Assembly: GCA_965220645.1 (NCBI GenBank)
Contig: OZ244836.1
Span: forward strand, 1,472,237-1,536,236
Direction of reading: 5' to 3'
Source: Candidatus Aldehydirespirator sp.
Lineage (GTDB): Bacteria > Actinomycetota > Acidimicrobiia > Acidimicrobiales > Aldehydirespiratoraceae
Length of the DNA stretch: 64,000 nt
The notes under the pieces were generated by a model, which saw nothing but the letters and a program-made list of their open reading frames with translations, did not search any database and had not been told where the DNA came from. A program made the position numbers and the translations under genes. Shown here piece after piece: positions 16,226 to 25,453 of the stretch (positions are counted from its first letter, which is position 1; every line of letters begins with the position of its first letter).

Positions 16226-17506
16226 ATGTCGATCCAGGAGCCGAGCGGACGGAGCGGTGGGGAGCGGACCAGCCCGCCGAGGCGGATCGGTCCTCGCCTG
16301 TGGGCGCTCTTCGGAGCGACGTTCTTCTCGATGGCCCTGACTATGGGGCAGATCACCATTCTGGGCAAGCAGGTGTTCGACATGACCGGCCGCCCGCTGT
16401 CCTTGGGGTTGCTGGGCTTGGCGGAATTCGTGCCCGCCTTCCTGCTCGCTCCCATCACCGGCATGGTCGCGGACCGCTTCGAGCGTCGGCTCGTGTTCGC
16501 CTGGGGCCTCAGCGGCGAGGCCGTCGCCTCGGTGGGCCTGTTCTTCTACGTCGCGTCGGATCCGACATCGGTGCTTCCCATCTACGGCTTGGTGCTCGTG
16601 TTCGGCACGGCTCGGGCCTTTCTCATGGCGGTGAGCCGAGCCCTGCCGGTGGACCTGGCGCCGGACGGGTCCCGGGAGCGGATGGTGGCGTTGAACGTTG
16701 CCGGTTGGCAGGGGGGCTTCATCGTCGGTCCGGTGACGTTCGGCTTCGCCTTCGAAGTCGATCCGGCCCTGCCGTACCTGCTGGCCGCCGGCTGTGCGAT
16801 AGCCGGGATCGGCATGCTCATGCTCGTGCCGTCGGGCGACGTACAACGGGCGGCGCTCGCGGCTGGATCCGGAGTTCGCTCCGCGCTCGGACACGCCCTC
16901 GAGGGTCTGCGTTACGTCCGACGCAACCGGGTGGTGCTCGGGGCGATCTCCCTCGATCTGTTCGCAGTGTTGCTGGGAGGAGCGATGGCACTGCTGCCTG
17001 CCATTGCCGAGGATCGGCTCGGCGTCGGGGCTGTGGGCCTCGGCTGGTTGGCGGCCGCCGTCGGAATCGGGGCTGCCGCGGTGATGGTGGTCCTGTCGGT
17101 ACGGCCGCTTCAGCGGCGAGTGGGTCCAACGCTGCTGGCCGCGGTGGGCCTCTTCGGCGTGGGGACGATCGTGCTCGGCCTGACCCGTTCGTACGTGGTC
17201 GCCTTCATGGCGTTGCTGGTTCTGGGCGCGGCGGACGCCGTGAGCATCTTCATCCGGGGCACCGTCGTGCCGCTGGCCACCCCCGAGGAGATGCGGGGAC
17301 GGGTCCTGGCGGTGGAGTACGTGTTCATCGGCGGCTCGAACGAGCTGGGCGCGTTCGAGTCGGGTGTGGCCGGCGCACTGCTGGGCGTGGTGGGAGCGGT
17401 GGTGTTCGGCGGGGTGGGCACCCTGGCCGTGGTGGGAATCTGGTGGGTGATCTTCCCCGAGTTGCGCCGAATCGACCGCTTCATCGAAGTCCGCCCCGAC
17501 ACCTAG
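16226..17506 (+). CDS. MFS transporter (EntS/MFS_3-like)
   Basis: ORF 16106..17506, trimmed to the ATG at 16226 because the upstream part is the repeat element. About 12 hydrophobic helices. Confidence 0.85.
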   Translation: MSIQEPSGRSGGERTSPPRRIGPRLWALFGATFFSMALTMGQITILGKQVFDMTGRPLSLGLLGLAEFVPAFLLAPITGMVADRFERRLVFAWGLSGEAVASVGLFFYVASDPTSVLPIYGLVLVFGTARAFLMAVSRALPVDLAPDGSRERMVALNVAGWQGGFIVGPVTFGFAFEVDPALPYLLAAGCAIAGIGMLMLVPSGDVQRAALAAGSGVRSALGHALEGLRYVRRNRVVLGAISLDLFAVLLGGAMALLPAIAEDRLGVGAVGLGWLAAAVGIGAAAVMVVLSVRPLQRRVGPTLLAAVGLFGVGTIVLGLTRSYVVAFMALLVLGAADAVSIFIRGTVVPLATPEEMRGRVLAVEYVFIGGSNELGAFESGVAGALLGVVGAVVFGGVGTLAVVGIWWVIFPELRRIDRFIEVRPDT

Positions 17507-17536
17507 CCGCGGTGAGGTCCTGAACGCTGTCCTCGA

Positions 17537-18364
17537 CTAGGCCAGGCCGGCGAAGTCGACCTGGTTGGTGGTGAACCAGGCCATGAACCCATGGTCGGCC
17601 ACCATGTTGTGGCCGTTCATGGCTGCACTGGCGTCCGATCCGAGCATCACCAGGGTGCGGGCAATGTCGATCGGAGTGAGGATCCCGGCGGACTGGTCCA
17701 CCATCCAGTCGATGATCTTCTCGGTCATGTGACGGCGGAAGTCGTGCAGCAGGGGAGTGTCGATCACACCCGGGCACACGCTGTTGGTGCGCACGCCGTA
17801 GTCGAGGTAGCTGCGGCGCGAGCCATACATGGTCCACACCTGAGCCACCTCCTTGGAGAACTCGTAGGGCGCAGGGTCGATCAACTCGCCGTGGTCGGCG
17901 ATCCAGGCCAAGGCCTCGTCCCAGCCGTCGATGGCGATGAGCTCGGAAATCTCGGCCAGGTGCTGGGGCCAGCGCTGCCCGGCGACCGAGGCGGTGTTGA
18001 CGATGGCGCCACCCCGGGCCATGGTCGGCAGCAGCCCCTCGCTGAGCCGGCGCAGGCCCAGGTAGTTGACCCGCATCACGAAGTCCGAGGAGTGCACCCC
18101 GGCCACACCGGCGTTGTTGAATAGCACGTCCACGCCCGGTCCAATGGCTTCGCAGGCCGCGTCGATCGAGTCGGGGTCGCTCAGGTCGGCGGCCACATAG
18201 GCGGTGGCTGGGCCGGTGGGCTCGTTGCGGTCGAGCACTGTTAGGTCGGTGCAGCCGGCTTCGGCCAGCAGCTCCACCGCCGCCGCACCCACGCCGCTGG
18301 CGCCCCCGGTGAGCACCACCTTCTTTCCTGCGTAGCTGAACAGGTTCGGTGAGGATTCGGGCAC
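17537..18364 (-). CDS. SDR family oxidoreductase
   Basis: ORF 17537..18364. Motifs: KVVLTGGASGVGAA, NNAGV, YEFSKE. Confidence 0.85.
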   Translation of the reverse strand: MPESSPNLFSYAGKKVVLTGGASGVGAAAVELLAEAGCTDLTVLDRNEPTGPATAYVAADLSDPDSIDAACEAIGPGVDVLFNNAGVAGVHSSDFVMRVNYLGLRRLSEGLLPTMARGGAIVNTASVAGQRWPQHLAEISELIAIDGWDEALAWIADHGELIDPAPYEFSKEVAQVWTMYGSRRSYLDYGVRTNSVCPGVIDTPLLHDFRRHMTEKIIDWMVDQSAGILTPIDIARTLVMLGSDASAAMNGHNMVADHGFMAWFTTNQVDFAGLA

Positions 18365-18403
18365 GGCGCGGCTCCTTGTCGTCTCGGCTGGTGAGCAGTC
18401 GTC

Positions 18404-19630
18404 TTAGGCCGGGGTGAAGGCTAGATGGGCTTCGCGCAGGCCGTGGACGAAGGAGTTGGGCATCTCCACCTGGGATTCGCCCTCTATGCGCTCGATGCGG
18501 TCGACCCGCCGCAGCAGGCGCTCGAAGAAGATCTGGATCTCGAGCCGGGCCAGGGCCGCGCCCAGGCAGAAATGGGTGCCGAAACCGAAGGCGATGTGGT
18601 TGTTGGGGCTGCGGGTGACGTCGTAGGTCTCGGGATCGTCGAAGTGGCGGGGATCCCGGTTGGCCGATGGGTACATCATGACGAGCTGTTGGCCCTTGCG
18701 GACGGTCTGGCCCCCCAGTTCGGTGTCGGCCGTGGCCGTCCGGCACATGGTGTGGATGGGTGTGACCCAGCGGATGAACTCCTCCACTGCGGTCTCAAGG
18801 TCGGCTCCCGCCTTCAGGGCGGCCCAAGACTCGGGGTGGTCGGCCAGGTCCAGTAGCGTCCGGGCGATCACGGTGCGGGTGGTCTCGGCCCCGCCGTCGA
18901 GCAGCAGCAGGCAATCCGACATGATCTGGGCCAGGCCGAACTCCGAGCCGCCCACCAGCCCATCGCCGTCGGACTCGGCTTCGACCCAGCGCGACATCAC
19001 GTCGCTCGCCGGGCACCCTTGCTTCTGGTCGTACAGTTCTCGGCAGGCGATCCTGAACTCCCCGACAGCCTCGCGGCCTTCCAGATTCTGGTATCGGGGA
19101 CCGCCGCCCAGCGCGATGGTGGCCTCCGACCAGTGTTGAAGCTTGGGCCAGAGGCGGTCGTCGAAGCCGAGCAACAGGCCGATCATCTTCGCGGGCAGGG
19201 GAGCGGCCAGCTCCACAACGATCTCGGCCCGGCCCTGCTCGATCACGGGGTCGAGCAGCCCGTCGACGGTCTCGGTGATGTGCCCCCGCCACTGTTGCAC
19301 GGCCCGGGGAGTGAACCGGCGAGAGACCAGCGAGCGGCGGGCCTGGTGCAGCGGGTCGTCCGTGCCGATGATCGACTGGTCGGCACCGATGTTGGGCCGG
19401 TAGCCGCCCTTTTCGCGATCCGAGCTGATGAACCGCCGCTTGTCCTTCTCGACCGCCACGATGTCGTCGTAGCGGGTGAGCACCCACAACTCGTTGATGT
19501 CGTCCCAGTGGCACGGCGAGTTCTCGCGCAGCCAGGCATAGCGGGAGTACGGGTCGTTGACGTAGAAGTCGCCGTCGAGGATGTCCAGCGGCCGGGGGTC
19601 GACGGGCGTGACGGTCATGGCGGCCGTCAT
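18404..19630 (-). CDS. cytochrome P450
   Basis: ORF 18404..19630. Heme loop FGFGTHFCLGAALAR, I-helix LLLDGGAETT, ExxR motif. Confidence 0.9.
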   Translation of the reverse strand: MTAAMTVTPVDPRPLDILDGDFYVNDPYSRYAWLRENSPCHWDDINELWVLTRYDDIVAVEKDKRRFISSDREKGGYRPNIGADQSIIGTDDPLHQARRSLVSRRFTPRAVQQWRGHITETVDGLLDPVIEQGRAEIVVELAAPLPAKMIGLLLGFDDRLWPKLQHWSEATIALGGGPRYQNLEGREAVGEFRIACRELYDQKQGCPASDVMSRWVEAESDGDGLVGGSEFGLAQIMSDCLLLLDGGAETTRTVIARTLLDLADHPESWAALKAGADLETAVEEFIRWVTPIHTMCRTATADTELGGQTVRKGQQLVMMYPSANRDPRHFDDPETYDVTRSPNNHIAFGFGTHFCLGAALARLEIQIFFERLLRRVDRIERIEGESQVEMPNSFVHGLREAHLAFTPA

Positions 19631-19646
19631 CCTACGTTGGGGGCGG

Positions 19647-20018
19647 TCACGGGAAAATGCTGCCCAGGGTGGTCCACAGCAGCAAGAGGCCCGAGATGGC
19701 GATCGGTACGGGGATGGCTATGACCAGGGTCCAGGTCAGGTAGCGCACCCATGCGGGCCGGTCGGCGAAACGGCGCTGGTGGAAGGCGGCGTCCAGGCTC
19801 TCGGCCTCGACGTCGGGTCGCTCCAGTCCGAGCACCTCAGCCGCGGTATCGGCGACCTCGGCCCGCACCACCAGCGTGGCGAGACGGTAGGTGATGTGGT
19901 GAGGGGCGACCTCGGAGGCCGGGTCCACCAGCACCGTGGCCTCGTATCCCGCCTCGTGTAGCCGCGCCGCGGCCACGTTGGCCTCCCAGCGGTTGGCGTA
20001 CTCGGCGATGGCGACCAT
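19647..20018 (-). CDS. small DUF2007-like protein with a C-terminal TM helix
   Basis: Tail of ORF 19647..20486, from the ATG at 20018 (MVAIAEYANRWEANVAAARLHEAGYEATVLVD...WTLVIAIPVPIAISGLLLLW). Confidence 0.55.
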   Translation of the reverse strand: MVAIAEYANRWEANVAAARLHEAGYEATVLVDPASEVAPHHITYRLATLVVRAEVADTAAEVLGLERPDVEAESLDAAFHQRRFADRPAWVRYLTWTLVIAIPVPIAISGLLLLWTTLGSIFP

Positions 20019-20069
20019 GCCAGGAAGCGGCCTCACCCCCACATCCTGCCCGCTGAAGCGGCCGATAGC

Positions 20070-21029
20070 GTGCTGCCGGTGAGTCCGGCCGTTGCTGTCA
20101 GCGACCTCGTGAAGGAGTACGGGGCGGTCCGGGCCGTCGACGGCGTGTCCTTCGAGGTGGAGCAGGGCGAGGTGTTCGCGCTGCTCGGGCCCAACGGCGC
20201 CGGCAAGTCCACCACGGTGGAGATCCTGGAGGGACATCGCACCCGCACGTCGGGAGCGGTGCGGGTTCTCGATACCGATCCGGCGTCGGCCGGCGCCTCC
20301 TTCCGCGACCGGATCGGCATCGTGCTGCAGTCCTCGGGCATCGACCCCGAACTGACCGTGCGCGAGGCGATCGACTTCTACGGAGCGACCTACTCGCGTC
20401 GAGTCTCGACCGATGAGTTGATCGACCTCGTCGAGCTGGACGAGAAGGCTGACGCCCGCATCTCCACCCTGTCGGGAGGTCAGCAACGCCGCATCGACAT
20501 GGCGCTCGGGCTAGCGGGTGACCCGGATGTGGTGTTCCTGGATGAGCCGACCAGCGGCTTCGACCCCGCGGCCCGCCGCCGGGGCTGGGAGCTGGTTGAG
20601 CGGCTCGCCTCGCAGCAGCGTGCCGTTCTGCTCACTACGCACTACCTGGACGAAGCCGACCATCTTGCCGACCGGGTGGCGGTGCTGGCCAAGGGCCGGA
20701 TCGTGGCCGAGGGCACACCGGCCGAGTTGAGGGCCCGGGCAGGCTCGACACTGATCCGATTCACGGTGCCCGACCGTGCCGATCCCGTGTCGGAGCTGCT
20801 GGGGCCGGTGTCGGGCGACATCGTCGGGCGGGACCGCCACGTGGAGATCACCACGTCCGCTCCCACCGCCGACCTGGCCCATCTGACGGGCTGGGCCGCG
20901 GAGCGGGGCGTCGAGCTGGAGAACCTGACCGTCTCGACACCAAGCCTGGAGGATGTGTACCTGACCCTCGTGGGCGACGACGAAGCTGGCGAGGACGGTG
21001 CGCCTGGCGACGGAGGCCGCGAGCCGTGA
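20070..21029 (+). CDS. ABC transporter ATP-binding protein
   Basis: ORF 20070..21029. Walker A GPNGAGKST, signature LSGGQQRR, Walker B VVFLDEPT. Confidence 0.9.
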   Translation: MLPVSPAVAVSDLVKEYGAVRAVDGVSFEVEQGEVFALLGPNGAGKSTTVEILEGHRTRTSGAVRVLDTDPASAGASFRDRIGIVLQSSGIDPELTVREAIDFYGATYSRRVSTDELIDLVELDEKADARISTLSGGQQRRIDMALGLAGDPDVVFLDEPTSGFDPAARRRGWELVERLASQQRAVLLTTHYLDEADHLADRVAVLAKGRIVAEGTPAELRARAGSTLIRFTVPDRADPVSELLGPVSGDIVGRDRHVEITTSAPTADLAHLTGWAAERGVELENLTVSTPSLEDVYLTLVGDDEAGEDGAPGDGGREP

Positions 21030-21838
21030 GGCTGCTGTGGCGCTGCATCCGCATCCAGAACCGGATCTTCTGGCGGACGCCGATAGCGGCCTTCTTCACT
21101 CTGGTGTTCCCCGTCCTGATGATGGTGCTGTTCACCGCCATCTTCGGCAACGACGCCCTCGACACCGTCTACGGCCGGGTCAACAGCAGCCAGTTCTACA
21201 CGCCGGGCCTGGCCGTGTACGCGGCGGCGTCGTCCACCTACACCGGCATCGGCATCAACCTGGCCAGCCGGCGGGAGCTAGGCATCCTCAAGCGGGTGCG
21301 GGGAACGCCCCTGCCGCCGTGGGCCTATCTCGGCGGCGTGGTGCTGTCGGCGGTCTGGATCGCGGCTCTGGGAGTGGCCGTGATGGTCGTGCTGGGTGTG
21401 GCGGCCTACGGCGTGAACGTCGAGGCGACCAAGGCGCCGGCCATGCTCGTCACCTTTGTCGTGGGTGCCGCGTCGTTCGCCGCGCTCGGCCTGGCACTTG
21501 CCTCGCTGGCCCGGTCGGTGTCCATGGCGGTGCCGATGGCCAACGCCACACTCCTGCCGATCGCCTTCATCTCGAACATCTTCGTTCCCTTCGGATCCGA
21601 CACCCCCGCTTGGCTGAATGTGCTCGGCGACATCTTTCCCCTCAAGCACTTCGGCCTGGCCTTCGGCGAGGCCATGAATCCGCTGTCGGACGCCCCGGCC
21701 TTCGAGTGGCACCGGCTCGGCGTGCTGTTGATCTGGCTGGCGGCCGGCGCGGCTGTGGTCGCGTGGAAGTTCAGCTGGGAGCCGCCCGTGGTTTCCGGTC
21801 GGGCGTCCCGTCGCCGCCGTCGCCCCGTGCCCGTCTAG
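21026..21838 (+). CDS. ABC-2 type transporter permease
   Basis: ORF 21026..21838. GTGA overlap with the ATPase gene. Six hydrophobic segments. Confidence 0.85.
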   Translation: MRLLWRCIRIQNRIFWRTPIAAFFTLVFPVLMMVLFTAIFGNDALDTVYGRVNSSQFYTPGLAVYAAASSTYTGIGINLASRRELGILKRVRGTPLPPWAYLGGVVLSAVWIAALGVAVMVVLGVAAYGVNVEATKAPAMLVTFVVGAASFAALGLALASLARSVSMAVPMANATLLPIAFISNIFVPFGSDTPAWLNVLGDIFPLKHFGLAFGEAMNPLSDAPAFEWHRLGVLLIWLAAGAAVVAWKFSWEPPVVSGRASRRRRRPVPV

Positions 21839-21845
21839 TCCGCCT

Positions 21846-21942
21846 AGAGGCCGAGCGGATAGGCGAGAGTTCACGAGGGCCTCGCGTCGCCGAGCAAGGC
21901 CGTGGCCCGAGCGGCCCGTGAGCGCAGCGAACAGGAGCGGGA
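21846..21942 (+). repeat. dispersed ~100-nt element, copy B (upstream of the alpha/beta hydrolase start)
   Basis: 5' box AGAGGCCGAGCGG at 21846-21858. Core AGGCCGTGGCCCGAGCGGCCCGTGAGCGCAGCGAACAGGAGCGGGA at 21897-21942. Confidence 0.9.
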
Positions 21943-22003
21943 GAGACGACCCCGCAGCGCGAGGAGTCGGTGGCTCCTTCCGGCAGCCGCCTAGCATCGC
22001 CGG

Positions 22004-22906
22004 ATGGTCGCTTACGACGAGTTCGGGATGTTCGCCGAGAATGCCGCCGAGTACGGGCTTGAGTGGGCCGACCCGCCCGCGGTGCGCCGGGAATCGGTTG
22101 CGCTGCCGTCGGGGCTGCGGTTGTCGGCGCTGGTGTGGGGCACAGCCGAGCCGGAGTTGGTCCTGATCCACGGCGGCGCCCAGAACGCCCACACCTGGGA
22201 CACGGTGGCGCTGGCGCTTGATCGGCCGCTGGTGGCGGTGGACATGCCCGGCCACGGACGCTCCGACCACCGTCCCGCCCACAACTACGGGCCGGCATCC
22301 ATGGCCGATGACGTGGTCGTCGCGGTTGAGGCGCTGGCACCTGGAGCCGAGGCGGTGGTGGGCATGTCGTTGGGCGGACTGACCGCCATCTGCCTGGCCG
22401 CCGACCACCGGAGTCTGGTGCGGCGCTTGGGGGTGGTCGACGTGACGCCGGGCACCGACCACAAGAAAGCCGAATCGATCATCGCGTTCGTCGACGGCCC
22501 CGAGCACTTCGACAGCTTCGAGACCATTCTGGAACGCACCATGGAGCACAACCCCACCCGCAGCGAGTCGTCGCTGCGCCGGGGCGTGCTGCACAACGCC
22601 CACGAGATGGCCGACGGGCGCTGGACCTGGAACTACGACCGGATGCGGGACTGGAAGACTGGCGACACCGCCGAGCCGGGATTCGAGGATCTGTGGGAGA
22701 AGGTCTCGTCGATCGAGGCTCCGACCGCGCTCTGGCAGGGCGGCGCCTGGAGCGTGGTGGATGACGCCGACGTGGCCGAGTGGATGCGACGGCTGCCAGG
22801 AACGCTCCATGAGGTAGTGGACGGCGCGGGCCACTCGATCCAGGGCGACCGTCCTTTGGAGCTCGTTGCGTTGATCGAGGAACTCCTGACCCGGCCTACC
22901 GAATAG
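22004..22906 (+). CDS. alpha/beta hydrolase
   Basis: ORF 22004..22906. HGGAQNAHTWD, nucleophile elbow GMSLGG, C-terminal GHSIQ. Confidence 0.85.
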   Translation: MVAYDEFGMFAENAAEYGLEWADPPAVRRESVALPSGLRLSALVWGTAEPELVLIHGGAQNAHTWDTVALALDRPLVAVDMPGHGRSDHRPAHNYGPASMADDVVVAVEALAPGAEAVVGMSLGGLTAICLAADHRSLVRRLGVVDVTPGTDHKKAESIIAFVDGPEHFDSFETILERTMEHNPTRSESSLRRGVLHNAHEMADGRWTWNYDRMRDWKTGDTAEPGFEDLWEKVSSIEAPTALWQGGAWSVVDDADVAEWMRRLPGTLHEVVDGAGHSIQGDRPLELVALIEELLTRPTE

Positions 22907-22937
22907 TGGGCGCCGCAGATCCCGGCCTGAACTGAAA

Positions 22938-22978
22938 TTGACGTAGTTATGCCCCCTGTAGGGGTACAACTACGTCAA
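22938..22978. repeat. 41-nt AT-rich palindromic element E1 (possible bidirectional terminator)
   Basis: TTGACGTAGTT-ATGCCCCCTGTAGGGGTAC-AACTACGTCAA. The 11-bp arms are perfect and there is an inner CCCC/GGGG stem. It lies between convergent genes that end at 22906 (+) and 22986 (-). Confidence 0.85.
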
Positions 22979-22985
22979 GAATGGA

Positions 22986-23768
22986 TCATTGGACAGGATC
23001 GGCGTAGCCGGACTCGTCGAACAGGTAGCCGCCGGGGGTCATCTCCAGGCGGTGACGGGGGCCGGGCACCGAGGCATCGCCGGTCTCGTAGCCGGCATCG
23101 CCGTGCCACAACGAGATCGGCCCGTGCTCGCCGCTGCTGATGCGGGTCTCGTACCGGCGGGGGTGGCGGCGGCCCAGACCCTCCAACGTGTCGGCCACCG
23201 TGGAGAAACGGCTGATGGTGCGCAGCGTCACCCAGGTGGGGGCGATCAACTCGATCTCGCCGGCGTCGCGGCGTCTCATCGCCTCGGCGGGGGTCATCCA
23301 TTCGTGGTGGGTGATCTCGCCGTCGTCGATGGTGACCTCATCGGCGGGGGCCTTGGCCGCGAAGAACCATGTGGCGAAGCGCTTGGGGGCGATGGGAGGC
23401 GGGATCCAGTATGAGAAGTGAACCAGATCCGCCGGGTCCAGCACGATGGCCGCCTCCTCCTGGGCCTCGCGAGCAGCCGCGTTGCGAGCCGCCGCGATCA
23501 GGTCGTCGGTGCCGTCATGATCGGCGTCGTCGATGCGGCCACCGGGGAACACCCACATCCCGCCGAACGCCAGGCGGGAGTTCTTGCGGAGCATCAGCGA
23601 CTCAGGACCGCTGGGCCCGTCGCGTAGCACCACCACGGTTGCGGCTGGGATGGCCGGCGCCTCGCCGTCTCGTTCGAACTGCTTGCGCCACTCCTCGAAT
23701 TGCAGCACCTCTCGCCGGAAAGCGGCCTGAGCCCGGTCATCGGTCGAGCCCGTCTGAACGCCGCTCAC
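22986..23768 (-). CDS. NUDIX hydrolase
   Basis: ORF 22986..23768. Nudix box GGRIDDADHDGTDDLIAAARNAAAREAQEEAAI. GTG start in a GTGA overlap with the upstream stop. Confidence 0.85.
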   Translation of the reverse strand: MSGVQTGSTDDRAQAAFRREVLQFEEWRKQFERDGEAPAIPAATVVVLRDGPSGPESLMLRKNSRLAFGGMWVFPGGRIDDADHDGTDDLIAAARNAAAREAQEEAAIVLDPADLVHFSYWIPPPIAPKRFATWFFAAKAPADEVTIDDGEITHHEWMTPAEAMRRRDAGEIELIAPTWVTLRTISRFSTVADTLEGLGRRHPRRYETRISSGEHGPISLWHGDAGYETGDASVPGPRHRLEMTPGGYLFDESGYADPVQ

Positions 23769-24955
23769 TTGATCACGCCGTCGGCTCTGAGTTGATCGAT
23801 GCTGGCTCCGAGGCCCAGCTCCTTGAGCACCTCGTCGGTGTGCTCGCCGTGGATGGGAGATGACGGCTGGTGCAGCTCGGCCGCCGTGGCCGAGAAGCGG
23901 GCTGCGGGCCTGGGCTGGCGGACTCGGCCCATTGCTGGGTGGTCGTGCTCTTCGAACAACTCGTTGTGCACCGCCTGGGCGTCGGTGGCGACGTCCTCCA
24001 GTCCGAGCACAACCCCGAATGGGACCTCGTGGCGATCCAACGCTTCCACAGCGTCCGCTAGGGGCATGGCGGCCGCAGCGGCGTGCACGGCCCGGAACAC
24101 CCCGCTGGTCTGTTCCTTGTGACGCTGGCGATCGCTCATGGAGGCCACGCGGGGATCGCTCGAGTCCACGCCGAATGCCCTGGCCATGCCGTGGAACTCG
24201 GAGTCGGTGACTGCGGCAACCACTGCATGCCCGTCGGCCAGGGCGATGGCGCGCTGGTGGGCCGAGAACGACTGGGCAAGGTGGCGCTGGTCGTTGTCCA
24301 GTGCTACCTCGTGAGCAGCCGAGTCGGCGAACAGGAATGCCACCGCGGCGTCAAGCATGGCCAGTTGGACGTGCTGACCGCCTGCACCCCGCTCGCGGGC
24401 CAACAGCGCGGCGGTGATGGCCTGCGCGGCGGTATAGGCGGTGACCTTGTCGGCCGCGGCCTGACGCAGGAACCGGGGGGACTCGTCGTTGATACCCGTC
24501 TGGTTGCCGACCAGCCCCGATTGGGCCTGTATCACCGAGTCGTACACCCGCCGGTGGGAGTAGGGGCCGTCAGGCCCGAACCCGGAGAGCGAGGCGTAGA
24601 CGATGTCGGGATTGCGACCCGACACGTCTCCGTAGCCGAGACCGAGTCGCTCGATCACTCCCGGACGCATGTTCTGCACGAACACATCGGCGTCGGCGGC
24701 GAGGTCGAGAACGATGTCGCGGCCCTGCGGACGGGTGCAGTCCACCGCTATGGAGCGCTTGCCGCGGTTGCACATCTGGAACAGCGCCGAGATACCGCCC
24801 GACGCGACGCCCACGTAGCGGCCCTGATCCCCGTTTCTGGGCTCCTCCACCTTGATTGCCTCGGCGCCCTGGTCCACCAGAAGGGTCACTGCCAGAGGAC
24901 CGGTTACGGCCACGGACATCTCCACGATCCGTATGCCGTCGAGGGGGCCGGGCAC
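23765..24955 (-). CDS. CaiB/BaiF family III CoA-transferase
   Basis: ORF 23765..24955. N-terminus PLDGIRIVEMSVAVTGPLAVTLLVDQGAEAIKVE. Confidence 0.9.
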   Translation of the reverse strand: MPGPLDGIRIVEMSVAVTGPLAVTLLVDQGAEAIKVEEPRNGDQGRYVGVASGGISALFQMCNRGKRSIAVDCTRPQGRDIVLDLAADADVFVQNMRPGVIERLGLGYGDVSGRNPDIVYASLSGFGPDGPYSHRRVYDSVIQAQSGLVGNQTGINDESPRFLRQAAADKVTAYTAAQAITAALLARERGAGGQHVQLAMLDAAVAFLFADSAAHEVALDNDQRHLAQSFSAHQRAIALADGHAVVAAVTDSEFHGMARAFGVDSSDPRVASMSDRQRHKEQTSGVFRAVHAAAAAMPLADAVEALDRHEVPFGVVLGLEDVATDAQAVHNELFEEHDHPAMGRVRQPRPAARFSATAAELHQPSSPIHGEHTDEVLKELGLGASIDQLRADGVIK

Positions 24956-24997
24956 GGTGTCTCGTCGATCCTTGCGGGGGCGTCGGGCGGCCTGGGC

Positions 24998-25453
24998 TCA
25001 GCTTCGGTCGGCTGAGTCGGCGCCTGCGGGCTTGTCGGGTTCCGGGACGCCATCGAACCAGCTGGCCTCCTCCACCAGCGACCGGCTCCGCCAACCCTCG
25101 GATGTGCGCACCAGTTCGTGGTGGTACCAGCCGCCGGTGGCCCACACCGGGCTGTCCGGCAGCTTCAGCGGGTTGTAGACCATGGCCACGACCCTGGCTT
25201 CGTCGCCGTCGATGGCGATGTCGATGTTGGAGATCAGGTGCTGCATGGTCTCGAACATCGGCATGACCTTCGAGAGGAAGCCGACCACCTCATCCAGGTT
25301 CCCGGCGATGCCGCCCACCTGGGTGTAGTCGATCTGGGCGTCGGGCGTGAAGACGCTGCGGAAGAGGTCCCAGTCCTTCCGGTCGACGGCTCGGGCGTAG
25401 CGGGTCAGCAGGTCGGTGATCTCGGCTCGATCGACGAGGGTCTGCACGTCCAT
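24998..25453 (-). CDS. nuclear transport factor 2 / SnoaL-like family protein
   Basis: ORF 24998..25453. Protein reads ITDLLTRYARAVDRKDWDLFRSVFTPDAQIDY. Confidence 0.8.
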   Translation of the reverse strand: MDVQTLVDRAEITDLLTRYARAVDRKDWDLFRSVFTPDAQIDYTQVGGIAGNLDEVVGFLSKVMPMFETMQHLISNIDIAIDGDEARVVAMVYNPLKLPDSPVWATGGWYHHELVRTSEGWRSRSLVEEASWFDGVPEPDKPAGADSADRS

